In this document: positions 1-11,479 of the stretch, piece by piece
How positions within the stretch are numbered: position 1 is the first letter of the stretch
How the letters are laid out: every line of letters begins with the position of its first letter
From: Chara braunii
Lineage: Eukaryota > Plantae > Charophyceae
Reading direction: 5' to 3'
DNA length: 64,000 bases
NCBI GenBank assembly: GCA_003427395.1
Contig: BFEA01000032.1
Coordinates: 1,339,284 to 1,403,283, forward strand
Made by a program: the position numbers and the translations under genes
The notes under the pieces: generated by a model
The model's input: only the letters and a program-made list of their open reading frames with translations
Databases searched by the model: none
What the model was told of the DNA's origin: nothing

Positions 1-67
<67 letters not shown>

Positions 68-495
68 GGGAGCATGCGCGAGGGGCGTATGCTCTTTCTC
101 TCTATCTATCTCTATGTCTCTTTGTCTCTCTCCGAGATAGGGCGACGTGGCAAAGAGTATTCAGGCACGTCTCTCTCTCTTTCTCCCTCTCCACGACAGG
201 GTCACGTGGCGAGGAGGCTACGTCTCTCTCTTTCTGTCCTTCCCCGATAGGGCGACGTGGCGAGGGGGCTACGTCTCTCTCTCCGCGATAGGACTACGTG
301 GCGAGGGGGCTACGTGGCGCAAATGTAACCAAGTACGGGCGCATGCGCGCAGGGCGCGCTGACGTGGACTTGCTTGATTCCGATGGCTCAGCGCTGACGT
401 GGCGTGTTACTTGGCGCGCGCTCGATGGCCATGACGACGACCTCTCTCCCTCTTCAGCAGCTCGATGGCGATGACAAATATGAAGGCGAACTTTC

Positions 496-547
<52 letters not shown>
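1..547. repeat. (CT)n microsatellites plus ~4 copies of a ~50-60 bp unit (ctctccgcgatagggcgacgtggcgagggggctacgtctc)
   Basis: (CT)n at 1-65 and ~498-547; unit repeated at ~125-320 with recurring ACGTGGC. Confidence 0.85.
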
Positions 548-549
<2 letters not shown>

Positions 550-1064
550 CCATCGCTCCCTTTCCTCCATTCACCGTCGCTATGCATCTCCGTCATCTGC
601 AGTCTTCTTGCTCTGCGAGCTGCCTCCTTCATTTTCCTTCGCTGCCCTCCGTTTCTTCTCAATCCTTCTCGCCATATCGAGTGCTAGCCAGCACTCTTGC
701 TCGACTTCGGAGGCACGAAGGCCGCGGGCTTTTTCTCTTTCTCTCTCAGCCTCCTCTTCCAGCGACATTGGGTTCTCTCTATCCTTCTCGCGGTACCTCT
801 CCGCCTCCTTGTCCCGTTCCCTATCCTTCTCCTCTTCAAACCGTTGTCTCTCCTCTTCCTCCATATCTGCTTGAAGCTCCCATGCGTATCTAAGTTGCCA
901 TATGTGCCTGCCACCTGTGCACTGGGCTCCATGCACAACGTCCCTTCTAGAGAACAGGCTGCCGTCGGGCCATCGTATGCTGAAGGGGTTTATGGACCCT
1001 TCCTCGACACGGCTCCTGTTGCTCCTCGACCTTGCCGCGTTGTCACGCACCATGGTGTTGTGGG

Positions 1065-1132
<68 letters not shown>

Positions 1133-1239
1133 AAGAAAGAGAGAGTGTAGGATGGAGATAGAGACAGATAGAGCGATGGAGAGAGAATAGTAGGCTGTGG
1201 AGCAGCAGCGTAGAGGAGTTCCACTTAGCAGCAGGCTAG

Positions 1240-1455
1240 CAGCGTAGACGAGTTGGAGTTTGACATGCTCCATACTCGGCTTGGTCAACGTTTTATATAG
1301 TAAACGTTGACCTGACTCTTGCCCCGGGCTGTGCATTGACCTGAGCTTGGGCCCAGGCAGGTACCCATGTTGACATGAGTGTGGACCTGGGCGTGTTCTC
1401 AGGCTTACAAGGGCCTGTACCAGGACCTCAGCCAAGGGGTAAAAAAAAAAAAAAA
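1240..1455 (+). mobile_element. Short poly-A-tailed retroposed fragment (LINE 3' end or SINE-like)
   Basis: Ends ...aaggggt followed by A15 at 1441-1455; a similar ggggt-polyA terminus occurs at 8878-8902 and, on the minus strand, at 1760. Confidence 0.4.
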
Positions 1456-1759
1456 GCTGACAAACATCTGTTTGATTCTCTGTCTGCCTGTCTGTGTGTC
1501 TTAACCTATGCAAGGACGCAGACAGACACGCAGGCAGAGAGGTAGGCAGACAGGTAGACTGACACGCAGACAGACATGGCGACAAACAAGCAGACACATA
1601 GGCAAACAGTTAGGCAGATAGGATTGACTTTTTGTTGTTGTTGTTGATTTTTTTTTTTTTTTTTTTTTTTNNNNNNNNNNNNNNNNNNNNNNNNNNNNNN
1701 NNNNNNNNNNNNNNNNNNNNNNNNNNNNNNNNNNNNNNNNNNNNNNNNNNNNNNNNNNN

Positions 1760-2003
1760 TTTTGACCCCCTCTTTCAAAGCAAAGGTCGAAGTTCTAGCC
1801 CATGTCCAGTCCCACACGTTGCCCTGGCGTTGGTCTGCCCCTGCAACCCCGTTGACTTGGGTCTGTGCCCGACGTTGTTTTCAGGTCAACCTAGGGTCGG
1901 ACTTGTGGTTGGACCTGTGGTTGGACCTGTGGACGCACGGAGGCAGGACGTGGTCTCGCCCTGTACCTCCATTGACCTGTGTCTGGGCCCGCGTGTGGTG
2001 AGG
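1760..2003 (-). mobile_element. ~240-bp poly-A-tailed repeat, copy 1 (SINE-like or LINE 3' end)
   Basis: Preceded on + by poly-T (1648-1670, gap, 1760-1763); colinear with 2855-3095. Confidence 0.65.
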
Positions 2004-2084
2004 TTTTCGTAAGCCGCCTCACAGTTCTGTGTCGATGTTGACTGGGCCTGTGTCGTGTTGACGTGCATCTTGGGAGGCAGGTAG

Positions 2085-2790
2085 ATAGACAGAGAGACAG
2101 GTAGGAAGACAAGGAAAGACGGAGACAGGGAGGCAGGCATGGCAGACAGGCACGCAGACATGCAGCACGCAGGCAGGCAGGCATGCAAGAGTCAGGCAGG
2201 CATGCAATGGACAGGCAGACAAGCATGCAACAGATGGGCACGCAGGCAGGCAGGCATGCAGCAGATAGGTAGGCAAGCATGCAGCAGACGGGCACCCGGC
2301 GATTGACGTGGACCTTGAGAACATGCAACGGGCAGGCAGGTAGCCATGCAGCAGTCAGTCAGGCATGCAGCAGACAGGTAGGCAGGCAGGCAGCAGACAG
2401 GCAGGCAGGCAGGCAACAGACAGGCAGGCAAGCATGCAACAGGCAGACACGCAGCACACAGGCAAACAGCACGCAGGCAGGCATGCATGCAACAGTCAGG
2501 CAGGCATACAACAGACAGGCAGGCAGGTATGCAGTAGACAGGCAGGCAAGCATGCAGCAGACAGGCAGGCACGCATGCAGAGACTTTGCCTGGTCTACGG
2601 TCTGGACTTTGGCTGTGTGAACAACCTAACTGAACCACCCAACCACCCAACCACTCAACCACCCAGCCACGCTACCACCCAACCACCAAACGAACCACCT
2701 AACCGAACAACCCAATGATCAATCCACCCAACCATATAACCCAATCACCCAACCACCCAACCAACCAATGGACCGCTTAATACTACCACC
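2085..2790. repeat. Compound tetranucleotide microsatellite (GGCA/GACA/TGCA), then a (CCAA/CCAC)n tract
   Basis: Direct inspection. Confidence 0.9.
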
Positions 2791-2814
2791 CAACGATCAG
2801 TGACAGACGTTGAC

Positions 2815-2815
<1 letters not shown>

Positions 2816-2856
<41 letters not shown>

Positions 2857-3095
2857 ACCCGCCCCTTTCAAAGCAGAGGTTCAAGTTTTAACCCGTGTTC
2901 AGTCCCACACGTTGCCCTGGCGCTGGTCTGCCCCTGCAACCCCGTTGACCTGGGTTTGTGCCCGATGCTGTTTTCAGGTCTATCTAGGGTCGGAATTGAG
3001 CTTGGACCTGTGGTTGGACCTGTGGACGCACGGAGGTAAAACCTGGTCTCGCCCTGTACCTCCGTTCAACTGGGTCTGGGCCCGCATGAGGTGAG
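2816..3095 (-). mobile_element. ~240-bp poly-A-tailed repeat, copy 2
   Basis: T40 at 2816-2855, then sequence colinear with 1760-2003 (shared cagtcccacacgttgccctggcg...ggacctgtggttggacctgtggacgcacggagg). Confidence 0.65.
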
Positions 3096-3240
3096 GGCAC
3101 ACAGGTTCACCAGCTGACCGGGCTGGTCCACGCCCAGAGAGATGGTTAACGACCTTGTAAATATTCACTAAATTTTTAAAGAAGATTCCGTGCGTAGGTA
3201 GCACTAACACTGACCATCTCTAATCCTCATACCTATACTG

Positions 3241-5380
3241 CTTTGGGAACTTGGTCGTTTTGGGGGGTCCATCACCCACTCAACCTCCCCAGCGCCTCGC
3301 CGAAGATTACACTTATTTTTCTTCTTTTTTTTCTTTGGGAACCTCGTGGTTTTTAAGGGTCGACCGCCCGCTCAACCGCCCCAGGGATTCGCCGAAGATT
3401 ACACTTATTTTTCTTCTTTTTTTTCTTTGGGAACTTAGTCGTTTTGGGGGGTCAGCCGCCCGCTCAACCTCCCCAGGGCTTTGCCGAAGATCACACTTAT
3501 TTTTCTTCTTTTTTTTCTTTGGGAACTTAGTCGTTTCGGGGGGTCAACCGCCCGCTCTACCTCCCCAGGGCTTCGCCGAAGATTACACTTATTTTTCTTC
3601 TTCTTTTTCTTTCGGAACTTAGTGTTTTTTTGGGTCTTCGGCCACTTAACCTTCCTAGGGCTTCGCCGAAGATTACACTCATTTTTCTTCTTTTTTTTCT
3701 TTGGGAACTTAGTCGTTTTGGGGGGTCGACCGCCCGCTCAACCTACCCAGGGCTTCGCCGAAGATTGCACTTCTTTTTCTCCTTTTTTTTCTTTGGGAAC
3801 TTAGTCATTTTTGGGGGTCGACTGCCCACTCAACCTCCCCAGGGCTTCGCCGAAGATTACACTTATTTTTCTTCTTTTTTTTCTTTGAGAACTTGGTCGT
3901 TTTTTTAGATCGATCGCACACTCAACTTCCCAGGGCTTCACTGAAGATTACACTTATTTTTCTTCTTTTTTTTCTTTGGGAACTTAATGGTTCTTAGGAT
4001 CCTCGTCCACTTAACCCTCCCCAGGGTTTCGCCGAAGATCACACTCATAAAATTTCTTCTTTTTTTTCTTTAGGAACTTAGTCGTTTTGGGGGTCGACCG
4101 CCCGCTCAACCACCCCAGGGCTTCGCCGAAGATTACACTCATTTTTCATCTTTTTTTCTTTGGGAACTTAGTCGTTTTTGGGGGTCGACCGCCCGCTCAA
4201 CCTCTCCAGGGTTTCGCCGAAGATTACACTTATTTTTCTTCTGTTTTTTTTCTTTGGGAACTTGATGGTTTTTAGGGGTCGACCGCCCGATCAACCTCCC
4301 AGGGATTCGCCGAAGATTACTCTTATTTTTCTTCTTTTTTTTCTTTGGGAACTTAGTCGTTTTTGGGGGTCGACCGCCCGCTCAACCCTCCAAGGGCTTC
4401 GCCGAAGATTGTACTTATTTTTCTTTTTTTTCTTTTTTGCGAACTTAGTAGTTTTTAGGGTTCTCATTTACTTAACCCTCCCCAGGGCTTCGCCGAAGAT
4501 CACACTTACTTTTCTTCTTTTTTTTCTTTGGGAACTTAGTCGTTTTTGGGGGTCAACCGTCCGCTCAACCTCCCAGGGCTTTGCCGAAGATTACACATAT
4601 TTTTCTTCTTTTTTTTCTTTTCGAACTTAGTGGTTTTTAGGGTCTTCGTCCACTTAACCCTCCCAGGGCTTCGACGAAGATTACTTTTATTTTTCTTCTT
4701 TTTTTTCTTTAAGAACTTCGTCGTTTTGGGGGGTCCACCGCCCGTTCAACCTCCTAGGGCTTCGCCGAAGATTACACTTATTTTTATTCTTTTTTTTCTT
4801 TGGAAATTTAGTGGTTTTTTGGGTCTTCGGCCACATAACCTTCCCAGGGCTTCGCCGAAGATTACACTTATTTTTCTTCTTTTTTTTCTTTGGGAACTTA
4901 GTCGTTTTGGGGGGTCGACCGCCCGCTCAACCTACCCAGGGCTTCGCCGAAGATTACACTTATTTTTCTTTCTGTTTTTTCCTCGGGAACTTAGTCGTTT
5001 TTGGGGGCCGACCGCCCACTTATTCTTCTCAGGGCTTCGCTGAAGATTATACTTATTTTTCTTCTTTTTTTTCTTTGGGAACTTAGTCGTTTCTGGGGGT
5101 CGACCGCCCACTCAACTTCCCAGGGCTTCGCTGAAGATCACAGTTATTTTTTGTGAAGCATCTTGTTCGGGCTCGGTGATGGAACCCGAACGTTCGGGAC
5201 CGAACGCGAACGAGCGCCGAAACTCTCTGAACACGAACATAAAAATACTATTAAAAAAAAAATTAAAATTTCTAAAAAATCTGAAACAAATATATTTTAT
5301 GTAAAAATAATAATACAAATAATTTTTGCCTTAGAGGTATGGTCAAATTCGTAACCAAACTTGAGTTAAAAATCAAAAAC

Positions 5381-5420
<40 letters not shown>

Positions 5421-5585
5421 GTTCGGCCGAACACGTTCGGGTGGCGTTCGGCCGGACACCCGAACATGTGCGGACGTTCGAAAAAGCTCCGAACATGTTC
5501 GGTGTGCCACACAGGTTATTTTTCTTCTTCTTTTTCTTTGGGAACTTAGTCGTTTTGGGAGGTCAAACGCCCATTCAACCTCCCT
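3241..5585 (+). repeat. ~82-bp tandem repeat array (about 23 copies up to 5150, resuming after the MITE)
   Basis: Unit ctttgggaacttagtcgttttgggggtcgaccgcccgctcaacctccccagggcttcgccgaagattacacttatttttcttctttttttt, head-to-tail. Confidence 0.95.
5151..5514 (+). mobile_element. MITE (non-autonomous TIR DNA transposon, hAT-like by 8-bp TSD) inserted in the 82-bp array
   Basis: Imperfect TIRs (c/t)TGTGAAGCA...TGCCACACAG; TSD GTTATTTT at 5143-5150 and 5515-5522; many subterminal GTTCGG/CCGAAC motifs; AT-rich core; homologous end at 37095-37277. Confidence 0.8.
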
Positions 5586-7293
5586 ATACAAAAAATATGA
5601 TGGTGTATCTTTCTATATGTTAGTGGAAGATTCTTCTTTGGAAACTTAGCCATTTTTTGTGGGTCAACCACCTACTCACCCTCCTCAGGGCATCGCCGAA
5701 ATGTTCTATATGTATATATGAAGAGATAGAGAGAGACAGGTAGAGAGATAAAGAAACATAATTCTCAAACGCGAAATTTACACTAACTCATTGACTCATG
5801 TATGACGAAGCGGCAGACGACACGCTTGGGTCTCTGGCGAGAGTCTCCCTAGCCACAGTCCACTCCCTCTAAGCTATGTGTATGGGACTCCAGAACGTGA
5901 CGCTTCTTAGCTACCTAACTGAGGATCGATCTCCTGCCGCAGTCCGACCTAGGCTGTGCGGATCAGTTCAGGCCGTAGTCACATGAACCACTTCATCTGG
6001 GAGTTACTGACCATAATGCTAAGACAATAGGTCGATAGACAGATAGATACATATATAAAGAGAAAGAGCGGAAAAAAAAAAAAAAAAAAAAAAATCATGC
6101 TTCCCTCCACAAGGCTTCGCCGAAAAATACACTAATTTCACTTTTCTTTCGTCTTTGAGTACTTAGTCGTTTTTTGGGTCCTCCTCTAACTAACCCTCTC
6201 AAAGGCTTCGTCGCAGAAAATACTCTCTTCTGTTTTTTTTCTTTTCTTTTTTTTTACTTGATCTGCTTTTAGGATGTTCCACTGACTAACACTCCTCACC
6301 TTATTGTAAGTTCTTAACTCATTAAAAAATAATAATAAATTGAAACAGGTGGGGGGGGGGGGGTTCGCGCCACAAAGTTTCTCTAACACTTACCGCATGC
6401 ACAACACAAAAAAAATATGATGGTGTATCTTTCCATATGTCAGTGAAAGATTCTTCTTTGGGAACTTAACCGTTTTTTGTGGGTCAACCACCTACTCCCC
6501 ATCCTCAGGGTTTCGGCAAAATGTTCTATATGTATATATGAAGAGATAGAAAGAGACAGGTAGAGAGATAGAAAAACACAATTCTCAAACGCGAAATTTA
6601 CAGTAACTTATTGGTTCATGTCTGACGAAGCGACTGACGACACGCTTCGGCCTCTGGCGACAGTCTCCCCAACCACAGTGCACTCCCTCTAAGATAGGTG
6701 TTTGAGACTCCAGAACGTGACGCTTCTGAGCGGCCTAACTCAGAATCGATCTCCTGCCATAGGCCGACCAAGGATGTGCGGATCAGTGTCGGACTGCAGC
6801 CACATGAACCACCTCTGTTGGGTGTGAATGACCAAAATGGTAAGACAAAAGGTCGATAGCCAGATATATATATATATATATAAAAAAAGGACAAAAAAAA
6901 AAAGAAAAAAAAAAGAGAGAAAGAGATCACGCTTCCTTCAAGAATGTTTCGCCAAAAAATACACTAATTCTACTTTCCTTTGGCATTTGGGTACTTAGTC
7001 GTTTTTTAGGTCCTCCTCTAACTTCTGTCTCAAAGGTTTCGCTGCAAAAAATACTTTTCTGTTTTTTTTTTTTTTTTTTTTACTTGATCTGTTTTTAGGA
7101 TGTTCCACTGACTAACCCCCCCCAACACTCTTCACCTTATCCTACGTTCTTAACTCATTTAAAAATAATAATAAGTTGAAACAGGTGGGGAGGGGGGGTT
7201 GGTTCGCGCCACAAAGTTTCTCTAACACTTACCCCATACACAATAGTCAAAAAATATGACAGTGTACCTTTCCATATGTCATTGGAAGATTCA
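5585..7293 (+). repeat. Tandem duplication with ~830-bp period (2 full copies plus the start of a third) containing degenerate 82-bp monomers
   Basis: aaaaaatatgatggtgtatctttc...gaagattc recurs at ~5590, ~6410 and ~7250; internal blocks 5700-6330 and 6520-7160 are colinear. Confidence 0.9.
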
Positions 7294-7479
7294 TTCACAT
7301 ATTCCATATTTGGTGAGTAGAGGCGCGAGGCCCGGAGAATAGGGGTGGCTGTACAGTTATCAGCGCCCCTCGCATTTGGCAAGGGCCTCGCTACACTACT
7401 TAGTACTTATTAATGTCTTTCCAACGAGTCATAACTTTTTTTTTTTTTTTCTTCTAGATCAGGTGATAGGACTTTGCTC

Positions 7480-8225
7480 ACCTCGTTGTCCCCCAACTAG
7501 AAGTTGTGTCCAGCCTGTGAAAAATTGTTCCAGCATGCTTGAAGGTGAGTTTTTCAGTCAGGAAAGGTATTGGCGGTTTAAATGACTTTTGTGAACTTAG
7601 TCTGATATCACCTAATATGAAGAAAAAAAAACATTTTTTTAAAGCATGGAGAAGGCTGCCCCTACCCTCCAAACCATCCCCCGACAGGTGGGAGGAAGTG
7701 TACAAGCAGCCCCTCTTCGAAAACAAGTGGATCTCTGACGGCCAGGGCCGAGTAAGGTGCAGCTCGGACCCCCCGTGGAAAGGTTGGGTGAAGCATGGGG
7801 TGTTACGGGTAGGGGACCTGTGGGATGAAGAGGCTAAAGATTGGACGAGCGCAGACATAATGAGAGGATGGTTGAGATACCACCACCACACACAAAAAAA
7901 TGCTTGAAGAACTAATAGAAAGATAACCTCTGGCATGATACACCATTTTGAGCAAGGGCCCCCAACTTGAGGAAGGAGACTGGGTGGGCCTAAACTGCGA
8001 AAAGGACCGGATTGGTAGGATCCACCCAGTGGGAAGGGAAGACGTGTTGGTGGAGTTCTACGCATTAGGAAGTGAGGACCTGCTAATTGGGAGCAAACAA
8101 CCGTTCCAGTGAAGGAAAAGAAGTGACGTGTACCGGATCAGAGTATTTCAGAGTACTCTGGAGAGCTGTGATGACCAGGCTGCTTCTCCCGGTCGTCGGG
8201 CACAGGGGACTGTGGAGGGGAAGGT
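7480..8225 (+). mobile_element. Degenerate non-LTR retrotransposon (L1/Tx1-like) ORF2 fragment, region downstream of RT
   Basis: ORF 7539-7907 has QPLFENKWI...WVKHGVLRVGDLWD, resembling the post-RT PLxxN...WxxxGIxxIxDL segment of L1-clade ORF2; cut by a (TG)n(AG)n microsatellite at 8226-8390. Confidence 0.55.
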
Positions 8226-8253
8226 TGTGTGTGTGTGTGTGTGTGTGTATGTG

Positions 8254-8328
<75 letters not shown>

Positions 8329-8329
8329 N

Positions 8330-8388
<59 letters not shown>

Positions 8389-10942
8389 AGAGACACATAC
8401 CTGATGTGTATGCGACTTGGTCATGCACATTGGTCTTCTGCTGGAGTGTTTCCTGGTTGTATGGTCATAGATGTAGGCTAGTATAGGTACTGAGTAATAG
8501 TAGGCTAGGCTCTGAGCGCCAATTAAGAAGAGCGACATTTGATACATTGTTGATGGTGGCGAGTTGGGGTTGACATTCACATTTGGGTTCATTATATTGC
8601 TCTTATTTGGCTTGTATCTTGGTGCATACTACTTTTTGCTTGGTACCGTACTATCTCATCTTCAATGTGATGTTGCAATTTCGTTTTCTGTCTATCTCTC
8701 TCGCTCATTTTCTTGCACTGTTCAATATGACGCAAAATCGTTCTCCGTTTACTGGGGCACGAGACCCGTTTTCCAGCAGGTGAGGCTCCCCACCAATACA
8801 CAAGAGCTCTCCATCAGAGGCTACTGCTGGGAGCCAGTGGAAGGTGTTCATATCACCCCCAGCAGTCAACTCTGGTTAGGGTAAAAAAAAAAATAAAAAA
8901 AATTGTATTAATTTGTAATATTAATGTTGGAGCACTCCGCACCACTTGCCAAAAACCAACTTTGTCTTGAGCACCGATCACCATGAACCATACCGTGAAT
9001 GTCGGTTACTGGGTGGTAACGCCGCGCACACTTGCTAAGTACTCTTTTAAACCACCAGTACTTGGTCAAGCTATCGACTGCGACACTTTCCCGTTAAACC
9101 ACCAGTACATGCCAACTATTGGCGACGGGCCACTTTCGGAGGCTGCTCGACGCTCCTAAATTTTCGGAGAGGCTCAAAACAGGTTCTCCAGTTGCCTGGG
9201 GCCATGTACTGGTGGTTTAACGAGCCGCGACATTTGGGCTTCGGCCTACCGGACCACATTGGCTGGAGGCCGCAGCCAAATCGAAAACAAAAAAGCTTTG
9301 CGGCAGTTCGGTTAAACTTGGCGCACAAGGTCGATGAAGGCTCGACATCGATAGCTGTACCAAGTACCGGTGGCTTAATAAGGGACACTGGACCATTGTC
9401 CATCAGGTCCAGCTCCCCACAAATAGACTCTGGAGCCATCTGAGGGGATTACCACAAGAGGGGGCGCCCTTAGCAGGTCCTGTGGTACCACCTGCGGATG
9501 ATTAAAAAAAAAGAAAAACCATCCAGGTAGTGAAATTTTGTGGAGGTGGGTGGTGGTGAGCACCATCCACTTTGTGAATGAATCTGGCCTTATCTCTGCT
9601 TATATCTATGATCTGCTAAGTTCCAAAACTGTCTACACGGCATGCCTGAATGGGCAGTTAGGCTGCAAAACTAATGGCTGCTGAAGAGCTTCCAGCCAAA
9701 CAGGTCCCTCGATAAGGGGCGTTGTAGCAGGCGCGGGACTCGCCAGATTTGGTGAGTTCAGCCAACACTCAGGACTCCTCTAATCTGACACACTTCAGTG
9801 GAAAACACAGTTGTTGGCGTTTCGCAAGTGGTGCAGCAAGGCCATAGTGCCTTCTGGAGGGAGAATGGTTTATTCCCTAAAGAAACACCATGATGAAAGC
9901 AAAGTTAAGCAGTCTTCACATGCCATAATGACACGTTTGTCTTTCCGTAAACTTTAATGGCAGATTCGGGGTACAAAGTACAGACGCGCTCCACCTCTGG
10001 CCAAGTGAAAAATGTTGAATGCATCTTCTCACTTTATACAGCAATATACATTCAATATTTCTGCATTTGGCGAACAATCAAGCTCTTCATGGTGGCAATC
10101 TTGGATCACCACCACGGCCATGATGGATTTTTTCCCATTTTAAGACCGGAGCATTAACACTAGCTCTATTTTTTTTTTTTTTTTAAATAAGGCTCCAATC
10201 TATTAATGGGGAGCTTCACGTCCCGGGAACTAGACCCAGGGTGTCCGGCTGATTTGAGAAGTCGGACCATTCGCGGAGAAACTTTCGCGGTCTCACGGAC
10301 CCGCAAGGAGGTTTTCGACATCTGACGAGGGCGCGACGTCTGTGAAATGCGACGACGTGTGGACTTTCTTGTGGTGGCGAAGTGAAGGTCTTGCGTCGGG
10401 TTGTGCACACGTGGTACGATGCGTAGGTTTAGTGCAGGGTTTGCGGGGTGTTGTGTGTGGCGCGGGGTCCAGTTGTGTGCGTGTCTTATCGTCAGCGAGT
10501 GAGAGAGAAAGAGAGGGTACTTCCATCGATAGGATGAGCAAAATCGAATGAATCTACCGCTAGAATATGAAAATATACACTTCTACACTTCTTTTTTTTT
10601 TTTTTTTTTTTTTTTTTNNNNNNNNNNNNNNNNNNNNNNNNNNNNNNNNNNNNNNNNNNNNNNNNNNNNNNNNNNNNNNNNNNNNNNNNNNNNNNNNNNN
10701 NNNNNNNNNNNNNNNNNNNNNNNNNNNNNNNNNNNNNNNNNNNNNNNNNNNNNNNNNNNNNNNNNNNNNNNNNNNNNNNNNNNNNNNNNNNNNNNNNNNN
10801 NNNNNNNNNNNNNNNNNNNNNNNNNNNNNNNNNNNNNNNNNNNNNNNNNNNNNNNNNNNNNNNNNNNNNNNNNNNNNNNNNNNNNNNNNNNNNNNNNNNN
10901 NNNNNNNNNNNNNNNNNNNNNNNNNNNNNNNNNNNNNNNNNN

Positions 10943-11023
<81 letters not shown>

Positions 11024-11479
11024 GGAGAGAGAGAGAGAAAGAGAGAGAGACTTTTTCAGCCATGCACGCAGACAGATAGAGAGAGGCTACTTCCATCGAT
11101 AGGATGAGCAAGAATATGAAAATATACACTGCTTTCCAGCCATGCTACTTCCGATTTTATTACCACAACGAGAATGAAGAGGGGATGAAGATAGATGAAA
11201 CCACGGAGCTCAAAGACTTGACAGACCTCTTCACCTATTTCAGGCGCTACAACTAGCTATTGTATCTCCTAGAATGTAAGTTCAAAGGGCCCAACTTGAG
11301 CATTAACTTACCAAAGCCCTCCAACAAAGGGGCCAATTTGAGAACAAACTCACTGTAGCCCTTCGGCAAACGACCCAACTTGGAACCAACTCACCAAATC
11401 TCAACAGTCCTTCGGCAAAGGGCACAGCTTGAGAACCAACTCACCTAAGTCATCCATCAAAGGGTTCAGCTTAACGAAA

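Noticed and set aside
294-1224. ER/LS-rich ORFs, including the 214-aa ORF 580-1224
   Set aside because: Dominated by (GA)n/(CT)n microsatellites; the charged segment has no recognisable domain
1886-2718. Cys/Leu/Pro/Ala- or Gln-rich ORFs
   Set aside because: Translation of tetranucleotide microsatellites
3251-5086. Multiple Phe-rich ORFs (also 11466-14607)
   Set aside because: Translations of the 82-bp tandem repeat in all frames; no coding signal
9116-10157. Host gene exons in the unique DNA between the arrays
   Set aside because: Short ORFs in several frames, no recognisable motif or consistent splice structure
10520-11130. Duplicated ~45-bp sequence either side of the N-gap as a TSD or LTR
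   Set aside because: It flanks an assembly gap and microsatellites; may be a local tandem repeat or a scaffolding artefact
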